Source: an uncultured delta proteobacterium (GTDB taxonomy: Bacteria > Myxococcota_A > Polyangia > Polyangiales > Houyiibacteriaceae). From it: a DNA stretch of 64,000 nucleotides. Positions 1-8,742 of the stretch are shown in pieces (the first letter of the stretch is position 1; every line of letters begins with the position of its first letter). The position numbers were made by a program, and so were the translations under genes. The stretch spans positions 785,079 through 849,078 of the forward strand of contig CAVVBB010000002.1 in assembly GCA_963746475.1 (NCBI GenBank), given 5' to 3'. A model generated the notes under the pieces. That model was not told where the DNA came from, searched no databases, and saw nothing but the letters and a program-made list of their open reading frames with translations.

Positions 1-429
1 ATTTTGAAATCCGTCGAGCTCGAAAGCTTCGATGCCGATGTCGTCCGTGAGCAGTTCGAGGTCAATGCGCTCGGTGCGCTGACGGCGACCCTCAAGCTGC
101 TTCCTTGCCTGAAGGACGGCGGCAAGATTGGCCTTCTGAGCAGTCGCATGGGCAGCATCGCCGACAATACCAGCGGTGGAAGCTACGGCTACCGTATGTC
201 CAAAGCCGCGCTCAATGCCGCTGGGCGTTCGCTGGCCGTCGACCTGCGTCCCCGTGGGATTAAGGTCGGCATCGTTCATCCGGGCTGGGTGCGCACCGAT
301 ATGACCCAGGGACAGGGCCTCATTGATGCGGCCAGCTCGGCCCAGGGCATCATCGAACGAATGGACGAGCTCGACATGGACGGCTCCGGTAACTTCGTGC
401 ACCAAAGCGGGGAGCTGCTGCCCTGGTAG
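1..429 (+). CDS. Short-chain dehydrogenase/reductase (SDR), C-terminal part; 5' end outside the window
   Basis: Frame is open from base 1. Catalytic Y-x3-K (SYGYRMSKAAL) and downstream IKVGIVHPGWVRTDM are typical of classical SDRs. Confidence 0.8.
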   Translation: MLKSVELESFDADVVREQFEVNALGALTATLKLLPCLKDGGKIGLLSSRMGSIADNTSGGSYGYRMSKAALNAAGRSLAVDLRPRGIKVGIVHPGWVRTDMTQGQGLIDAASSAQGIIERMDELDMDGSGNFVHQSGELLPW

Positions 430-465
430 AGGGGGACTGGGCCGCGGGCGGGCGGCCCTCGTTGC

Positions 466-681
466 TCAGACGCCCTTTCCAGTTAGGCGCTGAAGCACTC
501 GCTGCAGTTCGTCCACGCTGATATCGACGTACTCGACCACTCGCCCGTAGAGCATCGCCGTGGGCACGTTGCGGCCGTCTCGCTCCTTCTGTGTTTGGTG
601 GAGAACGTACAGGACGACGCGCTCCACACGGGTCAGGCCGTCGCGAACGTCTGGAATTCGGTCGATCGGGTCGAGAGGCAT
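466..681 (-). CDS. 71-aa protein with a GyrA/ParC N-terminal winged-helix-like signature
   Basis: ORF has G/C-rich third codon positions. IPDVRDGLTRVERVVLYVL resembles the [19 protein letters not shown] signature that opens the GyrA/ParC winged helix. It is too short to contain the catalytic Tyr region. Confidence 0.55.
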   Translation of the reverse strand: MPLDPIDRIPDVRDGLTRVERVVLYVLHQTQKERDGRNVPTAMLYGRVVEYVDISVDELQRVLQRLTGKGV

Positions 682-710
682 CCTAGTGCCCCGCTACTGT
701 ACACCAGCCA

Positions 711-890
711 GCGCGTCCGTCATGTCCCAGGGACGCATGCCGAACCCGCGTCCGTCATGTCCCAGGCGCGTCCGTCATGTCCCAGGGACGCATGCCGAAC
801 CCGCGTCCGTCATGTCCCAGGGACGCATGCCGATCCCGCCTCCGTCCCGTCACGTCCCAGGGACCACGGTGTTGAGGGACCACGGTGTTG
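711..890. repeat. Tandem cluster of REP-like palindromic units (core GTCCCAGGGAC)
   Basis: Unit GCGTCCGTCATGTCCCAGGGACGCATGCCGAACCC is repeated about 3.5 times. Full cores lie at 724-734, 779-789, 814-824 and 854-864, with a truncated core at 759-767. A GGGACCACGGTGTT direct repeat lies at 861-889. Flanks can pair (GCGTCC/GGACGC). The cluster is intergenic, between divergent genes. Confidence 0.85.
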
Positions 891-1212
891 GACGGCACGG
901 CGGGCGGACGAGAAGGGGCACTCGTGTAACACCGGCGGCGGCGGAGCGAGCTGAACCGGGTGTAAACGCGCGGCCGGGGGGCCGCAGCCGGACTCGTAGA
1001 GGGCAAGCCAGGCCCTTCTCGAGGCTCTGCCACCATCTCATGTCTCGCGGTTGCATAAGACAGCAAACGTAAGCGTTATCGCCAGCCGCTGACGCAAATG
1101 CGCGCCGACGCGCCGGGGACGACACCTCGCATCTTGGCCTGCGTCGAAGCAAATGTTACTCCTACAGCGAAGAGCGTCCGGGGCTGAGACGTGCATCCCT
1201 GGGTACCTGCTT

Positions 1213-2433
1213 ATGAGTCGAACGGTTATTGTCATCCCCTGCTACAACGAAGAAGGTCGCTTCGACTCGGACGCCTTTGCGCACTGCCTGCGCGTTCAGC
1301 CCAACACATCGCTCATCCTCGTCAACGACGGCAGCACCGATGGCACCCTCGCCAAACTGGAAGAATTCGCCGGCACGCATCCCGGGCGCGTTCAAGTCAT
1401 CGACCAAAATCCAAATGCAGGGAAGGCCGAGGCAGTTCGCCGAGGCATGTTGCAGGCGATGGACTCTGGCGCGGCTTTTGCGGGATACTGGGATGCCGAC
1501 CTAGCGACTCCGCTCGAAGCGATCCCGGAGTTCCTTGAGCTGTTTCACCACTATCCCGAAACCGAGCTCGTTCTTGGGTCGAGGGTGGCGCTCCTGGGGC
1601 GCCAAATCGAGCGCAAGCCGCTGCGTCACTATCTGGGACGCATCTTTGCAACAGGCGCCAGCTTGGTCCTCGGCCTTCCGGTGTATGACACGCAGTGCGG
1701 TGCCAAGCTCATGCGTTGCAGCGAAGAGACGCGCGCGCTGTTTGCCTCCCCGTTTTCATCGCGTTGGATCTTCGACGTAGAGATGCTCGCGCGCTATTTG
1801 CAGGGGCGGGTCGTTCCTCACCAGATACGAGAACATCCCCTGCAGCGTTGGACCGACGTGGCCGGCTCGAAGGTCAAGCCGATCGACTTCGTGCGCGCCT
1901 TCGGTGAGCTGATTCGCGTCAAGCGGCGCTATGGCAAAGATACGGCGTTCCAGAGGTTGTTTCGAGCTCTCACCGGGGCGCCTATGCGGTACATGAGCGT
2001 TGGGGCAATCGGCACAGTCGCACACTATGTGATCCTGACCGTGATGGTCAGCCTGATGGGCCTGTCGCCCGTGTTAGGAACTTCGGTCGGTGCAGTGGTC
2101 GGTGCCCTGGTGAACTACATTCTCAACTACCACTTCACCTTCATCAGCCAGGCGCGTCACTCGGTTACCCTGCCTCGCTTCCTAGTCGTCAGCGCCCTCG
2201 GCCTGGGCATCAACGCTGGCGGAATGTGGCTCGCGGCCGAACAACTGGGCATCAACTACTTGCTCGCGCAACTCGGCTGCACGGCCCTAGTACTGGTAGC
2301 CGGCTTCACCCTAAACAAGGTCTGGACCTTTGGCTCCCCCGTTGCGGAACGCCTTCAAGAGCACCCTCCCTGCAACAGCACCCTCCCTGGGAAGAACGGC
2401 CGAATCAGGAAGAGGCAACCCGCACCCGACTGA
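1213..2433 (+). CDS. Family-2 glycosyltransferase (polyprenyl-phosphate glycosyltransferase-like) fused to a C-terminal GtrA-like membrane domain
   Basis: N-terminus has VIVIPCYNEE...LVNDGSTDGT...WDADLATP...YDTQCGAKL (GT2 DxD-type fold). C-terminus has four TM segments with YILNYHFTF and LNKVWTF (GtrA family). I prefer the internal ATG at 1213 (MSRTVIVIP) to the track start at 1153. Confidence 0.8.
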   Translation: MSRTVIVIPCYNEEGRFDSDAFAHCLRVQPNTSLILVNDGSTDGTLAKLEEFAGTHPGRVQVIDQNPNAGKAEAVRRGMLQAMDSGAAFAGYWDADLATPLEAIPEFLELFHHYPETELVLGSRVALLGRQIERKPLRHYLGRIFATGASLVLGLPVYDTQCGAKLMRCSEETRALFASPFSSRWIFDVEMLARYLQGRVVPHQIREHPLQRWTDVAGSKVKPIDFVRAFGELIRVKRRYGKDTAFQRLFRALTGAPMRYMSVGAIGTVAHYVILTVMVSLMGLSPVLGTSVGAVVGALVNYILNYHFTFISQARHSVTLPRFLVVSALGLGINAGGMWLAAEQLGINYLLAQLGCTALVLVAGFTLNKVWTFGSPVAERLQEHPPCNSTLPGKNGRIRKRQPAPD

Positions 2434-2600
2434 ACGTCGACCCCTCCTCCTCTCAACGGGAAGAGTCACCCCTCTGACGTTCAGCTGCACTAGTGCTTGA
2501 ACTGTCCCAAGGACAGTGTGCAAAGGTCTACCGCGTCCCATTAGCTCGAAGTGCGGAAGGAGGTCAAGTTTGTCCGTGGGACGCGGCTCGTGGGTCAATC

Positions 2601-2617
2601 GCGTGTCCCTGGGACGC
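2601..2617. repeat. REP-like palindrome GCGTGTCCCTGGGACGC
   Basis: Same 11-bp core (2605-2615) as the 711-890 cluster. It lies 48 nt upstream of the transposase-like ATG at 2665. Confidence 0.6.
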
Positions 2618-2664
2618 TCTCAAACTTGCGAGAAACTAATCTCTGGCGTTGCCGAAAACAGGGC

Positions 2665-3558
2665 ATGAGCCAACCGCGTGCCGTGCTCGCAAACAGCACT
2701 TACCTCGTTACCCGTCGGTGCCTGGGGCGACGCTTCTTGTTGCGTCCTGACTCACTACTCAATCAGCTTTTTCTCTATTCCTTGGCGCTCGGTGCCAAGA
2801 GGCACGGCATGGAGATCCATGCGGTGTGCGTGATGAGCAATCATTACCACGTGGTCCTGACTGACAAGCACGCTGTATTGCCTTTGTTCATGGGTTGGCT
2901 CAACAGTCAGCTTGCCAAGGGCATCAAGCGGCTTCGCCGTTGGGACGAAGTCGTTTGGGAGCCGAACGTCCCTTATAGTGCTGTCGAGCTTCACGGCCCG
3001 GCTGAGATACTCGACAAGGTCGCCTATACGATCCTAAACCCGGTGAGCGCCGGGCTCGTCAACCGTCCTGACGAGTGGCCAGGCGTAGTGAGCACGCTCC
3101 GATGTCTGAAGCGAGGTAGTCTGCAGGTCCGTAGGCCGCCAGTGTGGTTCACGGACAGACTTCCAGAATCGTTGACGTTACAGCTGACCCTGCCAGAGCG
3201 AGTCGGCGACTCGGAAAGCTACGTTGAGGTTCTTCAGCGACTGATAGCCAGTCGTATCAAGGTGCTGGCGGACGAGCGTTCACGGGAAGGGCGGGGCGTT
3301 CTGGGGAACACAGCGGTTCGCGCGACCCCGTTCACCGCCCGGCCAACGACTCCAAAGCAACGCTTTGGACGAAACCCAACGTTTTCGGCGCTGACGAGAG
3401 CGGCATGGCGCAGGGTGCTGAAGCGGCTCAGAGAATTTCGAGCTGCGTATCGCACTGCATACGAAGCCTGGCGAAGTGGACGGCGAGACGTTGAGTTTCC
3501 AGCCGGCACTTGGTGGCTCGCCCGCTACGCCCCAGCGACGGTAGCCGCTTTGGCGTAA
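2665..3558 (+). CDS. IS200/IS605-type Y1 (HUH) transposase-like protein, probable REP-associated tyrosine transposase (RAYT)
   Basis: HUH motif in MSNHYHVVL and catalytic-Tyr helix in VAYTILNPVSAGLV (Y1 transposase family). The gene is single-copy with no IS inverted repeats and is surrounded by REP-like palindromes. I prefer the ATG at 2665 because the track start at 2551 would run across the palindrome. Confidence 0.75.
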   Translation: MSQPRAVLANSTYLVTRRCLGRRFLLRPDSLLNQLFLYSLALGAKRHGMEIHAVCVMSNHYHVVLTDKHAVLPLFMGWLNSQLAKGIKRLRRWDEVVWEPNVPYSAVELHGPAEILDKVAYTILNPVSAGLVNRPDEWPGVVSTLRCLKRGSLQVRRPPVWFTDRLPESLTLQLTLPERVGDSESYVEVLQRLIASRIKVLADERSREGRGVLGNTAVRATPFTARPTTPKQRFGRNPTFSALTRAAWRRVLKRLREFRAAYRTAYEAWRSGRRDVEFPAGTWWLARYAPATVAALA

Positions 3559-3595
3559 CGGAGGAAAGGGGGGACTCCCTGTGAGCGCTGGGCTT

Positions 3596-4051
3596 CTAAT
3601 GTGTTGGCGACCCTTCTCGTTGCGTCGCCGGGACGTGTAGCTTCTGCAGGTGCTCGATCATAAGCAACTGTGTCTTCCAGCCTTTGGCAGGGACCGCCAG
3701 CATTGCGTCCACCAGCTCCGGGATAAACAGGATGGGTTCGGCTTCCGCATTGTACCCAAGCTGTAGCAGAGCGTTGCGCTCGAATAACCGGCATTGCTTC
3801 TCGCAGCAGTGAAACGGCTGGACCACCGCATAAAACCCCTCCGACGGCAGCGGCTCGAGGAACCTCAGTAACTCCAGATTCTCGATGACCTCTCCTTCCG
3901 CCTGGAACTCGGCCTTGTTGTGGCGCCACTCCCTGGGAAGGTAGATGCCGGGGCCCGGGCTTCCGTGGTTGTGAAAAAAAACTAGGCGGCCGGCATCCAC
4001 CGAGCCAATGCGTGCCATCGTTCGGTAGAGAGCGCAGGGGGGGAGCTTCAT
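3596..4051 (-). CDS. Hypothetical protein (no recognisable family)
   Basis: ORF with coding-like composition. Start chosen at MKLPPCAL so that it does not run through the repeat region at 4145-4220. ATG 4018 is an alternative start. Confidence 0.4.
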   Translation of the reverse strand: MKLPPCALYRTMARIGSVDAGRLVFFHNHGSPGPGIYLPREWRHNKAEFQAEGEVIENLELLRFLEPLPSEGFYAVVQPFHCCEKQCRLFERNALLQLGYNAEAEPILFIPELVDAMLAVPAKGWKTQLLMIEHLQKLHVPATQREGSPTH

Positions 4052-4144
4052 GGTTGGAAGCTTAGCCGGGTTGTGCTTGATTGTCCCTAGGGCGGTGCGT
4101 ACGCGGCGCGCGCGGACAATCCGCGCGGGGAGACAATGGATCAC

Positions 4145-4220
4145 GGCATTGGCATTGGCACCGTCCCTGGGACAGTTCGGCATTGGCACCGTCCCTCGGA
4201 GAGTTGGCAGGGACAGTTGG
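4145..4220. repeat. Intergenic REP-like repeat block
   Basis: GGCATTGGCACCGTCCCT occurs twice (4151-4168 and 4179-4196). A full core GTCCCTGGGAC lies at 4163-4173 and a degenerate core GTCCCTCGGAG at 4191-4201. AGTTGGCAG occurs twice at 4202-4221. Confidence 0.6.
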
Positions 4221-4226
4221 CAGCGG

Positions 4227-5117
<891 letters not shown>

Positions 5118-5238
5118 CACAAAGACAGCGTAGGACCTTGTGCCGCTCCTGACTGTCATAGTCCTGCAAGGCTTTGCAAGAGTTTGGTCACAGAATTGTG
5201 TGCGACGCAAAACATGCGCGATTCTGTCATCAGTCACG

Positions 5239-6216
5239 ATGGAAACAGAACGAGTCCTGCCCCCCGCCCCCCACCGTCCGGTCCCAGCCTCGCAATGCTA
5301 TCTCGCCTATACGGCCGCTCTCGTCCTTGGAGCCTTGAGCTGGTGGGTGCTCCAGAGTCAAGGGATCATCGATAATCCCTTCTGGATCGGCTTCGCGGTC
5401 ACCTGCATCGCCACGGTCGCCATCTGGGTCTTCTCCGTGGCCAACGGCAATTCGTCGATATACGACCCTTACTGGGTCATCGCTCCGCCGATTCTCGCTC
5501 TCGCGCTCAAGGCAGCCGGGCCCGACGACCTATTCGGAGAATGGAGCGCGCGGCAGCTGTGCATCGTCAGTTGCTTGTGTCTTTGGGCACTTAGGTATCA
5601 CGTCATGTACCCATGGAGCGGCTGGCGCACGGGGCTTGTGCATGAAGACTGGCGCTACGAGGAAATGCGGCAGGCGCCGGTGCCGTATTGTCTGAATTCG
5701 CTGCTAGGCATGCACCTTTTCCCAACGGTCCTCGTCTACTTCGCGTTCGCGCCGGCGGCTCTCGTGTTGCTCGAGGCCGCATCGGCACAAACACAGTTCT
5801 GTCCCTGGGACGTTGTCGGCCTGTTGGGGGCTATGTCGGCGGTGGCGATCGAGCTCGTTGCCGACGAACAAATGCGCAAGTACCGTGCCTCGGCCGAGTA
5901 CGCGAAGGGTGGAGCTTTCCGGCGGGGGCTTTGGCGTTTCTCTCGTCACCCCAACTACTTTGGCGAGGTGCTTTTCTGGCTCTCCATGATTCCGTTCGCC
6001 GTAGCGAGTGGCCTTCTCTCGGAACATCCGTTGTTGGTTCTGACGGGTCCGATCATGATGGGGTTCTTCTTCCGATTCAGCTGCTGGCTGATGGATGTCC
6101 GCTCGCTGAAGCGTCGTCCCGAATACCAGGCCGTGATAGACGAGGTGAGCGCGATGGTTCCTTGCTGGCCGAAGACGACGCGAGGTGACGCGACGAATCC
6201 GGTCGGCAGAGAGTAG
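5239..6216 (+). CDS. DUF1295 / steroid 5-alpha-reductase-like membrane protein
   Basis: [19 protein letters not shown] and [20 protein letters not shown] are typical of the DUF1295/ICMT-like family. It is divergent from the desaturase. Start chosen at METERV (5239). Confidence 0.7.
   Translation: METERVLPPAPHRPVPASQCYLAYTAALVLGALSWWVLQSQGIIDNPFWIGFAVTCIATVAIWVFSVANGNSSIYDPYWVIAPPILALALKAAGPDDLFGEWSARQLCIVSCLCLWALRYHVMYPWSGWRTGLVHEDWRYEEMRQAPVPYCLNSLLGMHLFPTVLVYFAFAPAALVLLEAASAQTQFCPWDVVGLLGAMSAVAIELVADEQMRKYRASAEYAKGGAFRRGLWRFSRHPNYFGEVLFWLSMIPFAVASGLLSEHPLLVLTGPIMMGFFFRFSCWLMDVRSLKRRPEYQAVIDEVSAMVPCWPKTTRGDATNPVGRE
5797..5814. repeat. 18-mer TTCTGTCCCTGGGACGTT containing the REP core, inside the DUF1295 CDS
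   Basis: Identical 18-mer recurs at 6291-6308. The core is at 5801-5811 and encodes FCPWDV in frame. Confidence 0.5.
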
Positions 6217-6290
6217 CAGGGTGCTCCGACAGCGATGTCTCGCGAGGATGCATCGACACAGACACGGCTCGGTTCTGACCCTCGGTTCGG

Positions 6291-6308
6291 TTCTGTCCCT
6301 GGGACGTT
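6291..6308. repeat. 18-mer TTCTGTCCCTGGGACGTT containing the REP core
   Basis: Exact copy of 5797-5814, with the core at 6295-6305. It sits at the distal end of the GroEL relic. Confidence 0.55.
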
Positions 6309-6309
6309 C

Positions 6310-6688
6310 TGTGCCCACTTCGAGTGCGTCGGCGAGCCGCAGTAACGCCAGGGACGATGCCTTTTTCGACGGCCGCCTTCGTCGAGCTGATCGCGTCGTC
6401 GAAGGAATCCTTGCGGTTCTTGAGCTCGGCCTCGGAGGGGGCTCCGACGTGAATCACGGCAACGCCGCCCGCAAGCCGTGCCAAACGCTCTTCGAGTTTA
6501 TCCTTGTCGCAATCGGACGTCGTCGCCTCGATCTGTGTCCGGATCTCCATGCAGCGTCCTTCGATCGGGGTCTTTTCGCCCGTCCCGGCGATGACGGTGG
6601 TCGTGTCCTTGTCGACGACGACACGCTTCGCTGAGCCCAGGTCGCTCACGGTCACCGACGAAAGCTTCAGGCCGAGCGGAGGAGCGGA
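6310..6688 (-). pseudogene. groEL: Internal fragment of a chaperonin GroEL gene, truncated at both ends and frameshifted
   Basis: The translation [109 protein letters not shown] is colinear with E. coli GroEL [26 protein letters not shown]...AVEEGVVAGGG. After a frame change near 6345 it continues as [11 protein letters not shown]. There is no N-terminal (about 300 aa) or C-terminal (about 130 aa) part. Confidence 0.8.
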
Positions 6689-7261
6689 TCAACCGACGAT
6701 GTGGTGCTTGCCAACCGGGATCACGGTGCTTGCTTGGGGACCTTTCTCACCTTCTCCCTCGGCAACGACGATGCGCACTTCGTCGCCAACGTCTAGGGCG
6801 GAAAATCCTTGGTCGACGACGCTGTTTTCGTGGAAGTACACGTCGAGACCGTCCGGCATTTCCACGAAGCCATAACCCTCAGCGGGAAATAGTTGGCTGA
6901 CCCTTCCGTGATCGGGCACTTCGTGCCGCTTGGTGCTTCCGCGTCTCTTTCTAGCGTAGTCTTCGAGTTGCCGCACCGCCGCGTCGAAGGCGTCTCGCAT
7001 CGCTACATACACGTCCTCGTGCGCTTGGTGGGCCTGGGGTTCTCGAGTGATCACGATCTCCTTGTCGGGTACGTGGATGTCCACGCGCACCGAATACAGG
7101 TTGCCCTTGTGCTGGTGCTTGTGCGGGGCTTCCACGGTCACACGACAGCTCGTGATGTGGTCGTAGAACCGTTCCAGCTCGGACACCTTCTTGCGGATGC
7201 GAGCCTCGATGGCGTCCGAATGCTCGATGCCGTGGAATACAATCTGAAGGGGTCGTTGCAT
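6689..7261 (-). CDS. Ribosome hibernation/HPF-RaiA (S30AE) domain fused to a C-terminal cold-shock domain
   Basis: The N-terminus MQRPLQIVFHGIEHSDAIEARIRKKVSELERFYDHITSCRVTVE...YSVRVDIHVPDKEIV fits the HPF/YfiA family. The C-terminus GRVSQLFPAEGYGFVEMPDGLDVYFHENSVVDQGFSALDVGDEVRIVVAEGEGEKGPQASTV fits the CspA-like cold-shock domain (CSD) pattern. Start chosen at 7261. Confidence 0.75.
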   Translation of the reverse strand: MQRPLQIVFHGIEHSDAIEARIRKKVSELERFYDHITSCRVTVEAPHKHQHKGNLYSVRVDIHVPDKEIVITREPQAHQAHEDVYVAMRDAFDAAVRQLEDYARKRRGSTKRHEVPDHGRVSQLFPAEGYGFVEMPDGLDVYFHENSVVDQGFSALDVGDEVRIVVAEGEGEKGPQASTVIPVGKHHIVG

Positions 7262-7538
7262 ATCTGATCTCGTCCGCGGAGCAGGAGGGCCGCTGCCGGG
7301 TCCGATGCCCTGAGGGTGCTGTTCCGTGCACGGCCACACTCGGGCGGTCGCGCGATAAACTAGAAGATATCGCGGCTGAGGTCGCGTATAGCCGAAAAAG
7401 CGCCCACGACCTCGGAATGACGCGGGTTTGCCCTGGCTCCGACAAGGGATGTGTCGACCCCGCAGCCTCTTGGCGCCTTTTCGGTGCTGCCCTCGCGTCC
7501 GATGATCTGCAAGACTGACAGCGGGGCTGGAGGTAGTG

Positions 7539-8411
7539 ATGCGGGGGTGGACTCAAATGCTGAGCATCATCGGGGTTCTGGCGGCTGCAGGAGGCTGCGG
7601 GGATGACGGAATCGAGGGGCTCGGTGGCAGCGCGAGTCGCAGCGCCGCAACGGGCGGCATGGGAGGCTTCGTCCCTCCGGGCTCACCCGACATCGGTGGC
7701 TCAGCCGGGACCGGCGGCTCGCCCGGGACGGGTGGCTTGCCTGGGACTGCTGGCTCGCCCGGGACCGGTGGCTCGCCCGGGACCGGTGGCTTGCCTGGGA
7801 CCGGTGGCTTGCCTGGGACCGGTGGCTCGCCTGGCACCGCTGGAGCGCCCGGTACCGCTGGCTCGCCTGGCACCGGCGGCTCGCCTGGTTCAGCGGGCGC
7901 GTCTGGCTCGGCAGGCGCGTCTGGCTCGGCAGGCGTCGGCGGGCGGGGAGGCTCGGCGGACGCGTGCGGCGCTGGGCCACTGGCCGCGCCGATCCGCAAC
8001 TGTCGCCCTGCGGTGCTGCCCAGCACCGGCGATCCCGGGCAGGACTGCGTGGCTCGGATCAACCAACTCCGCTGGGAGTGTCAGTGCCTTCCGCCACTAG
8101 AGCGCTGGACCGCGGGCGAGAGCTGTGCGGACCAGCACGCTGCGTACGACAGCAGCCGTAGCCCCCATGCGGGCTTCAGAGATGGCATCTGCTCACCCGC
8201 GGGCTTCGGGCAGAACGAGTGTCCGGGTTGGCGCTCTGTGGAACAAGTGATTTCGGGCTGCCTGCAGGCCATGTGGGACGAAGGTCCGGGCGAGCCCTTT
8301 TCAGAACACGGTCACTACATCAACATGACGAATCCGTCGCACGACAAGGTCGCGTGCGGGTTCTACGAGACGGGCGACGGGAAGGTCTGGGCCGTTCAGA
8401 ACTTCCAGTAG
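7539..8411 (+). CDS. Lipoprotein with a Gly/Pro-rich repeat linker and a C-terminal CAP/SCP/PR1-like domain
   Basis: Lipobox LAAAGGC. About 13 G-x-P-G-T-x hexapeptide repeats follow. The C-terminus has GHYINMTNPSHDKVACGFY typical of CAP-superfamily domains. GGAGG lies upstream of the GTG/ATG at 7536/7539. Confidence 0.7.
   Translation: MRGWTQMLSIIGVLAAAGGCGDDGIEGLGGSASRSAATGGMGGFVPPGSPDIGGSAGTGGSPGTGGLPGTAGSPGTGGSPGTGGLPGTGGLPGTGGSPGTAGAPGTAGSPGTGGSPGSAGASGSAGASGSAGVGGRGGSADACGAGPLAAPIRNCRPAVLPSTGDPGQDCVARINQLRWECQCLPPLERWTAGESCADQHAAYDSSRSPHAGFRDGICSPAGFGQNECPGWRSVEQVISGCLQAMWDEGPGEPFSEHGHYINMTNPSHDKVACGFYETGDGKVWAVQNFQ
7695..7928 (+). repeat. 18-nt tandem repeat (13 units) encoding GGSPGT/GGLPGT/AGASGS
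   Basis: Units such as GGTGGCTCGCCCGGGACC and GGTGGCTTGCCTGGGACC are visible with strict 18-nt periodicity. Confidence 0.85.
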
Positions 8412-8742
8412 AGCGGGCTCGTGCGGGTCGGTCGAGGCGAATGACTCTGAGGATCCGGAGCCGGCCCGCGTCCGCGGCGGCCGACGCTGGGCGACTTGCG
8501 GATGGCCTCGGCCTTCAAACGACGCTCGCCGTGACCGTCCCTGCAGGGCACAGAGACCAGCGTCGATAAGCATTGACAGAGGCGGCCCCCGACCCCAAGG
8601 CCCCGGAGTTGGGCGGCACGACTCACACCCATGGTTCTGTTGCGAACCGCAAAGGCGCCCCTCTTTGCTCGTCGCCACGACCTCCAGTCCGCTACATGTT
8701 CCTTTCCGATGCGAGCGTCATGAATCGACTCGGAAATCATAA

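Noticed and set aside
711-890. Could the short tandem repeats (and the 402-bp repeats at 44539-45957) be CRISPR arrays?
   Set aside because: There is no alternation of conserved repeats with unique spacers of similar length. The 711-890 units abut each other and the 44.5-46 kb repeats are in-frame coding sequence. No cas genes are seen.
6077-6655. 192-aa ORF taken as a functional small chaperonin-like protein.
   Set aside because: Only about 105 aa are GroEL-like. The rest overlaps the DUF1295 gene on the other strand and is low-complexity, and there is no credible start or RBS.
6689-6691. The GroEL relic lies in the same frame immediately after the TGA of the HPF-CSD gene. Could this be stop-codon read-through or a fusion?
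   Set aside because: Being in the same frame has a one-in-three chance. The relic has its own internal frameshift and lacks both GroEL ends, and no recoding signal is evident.
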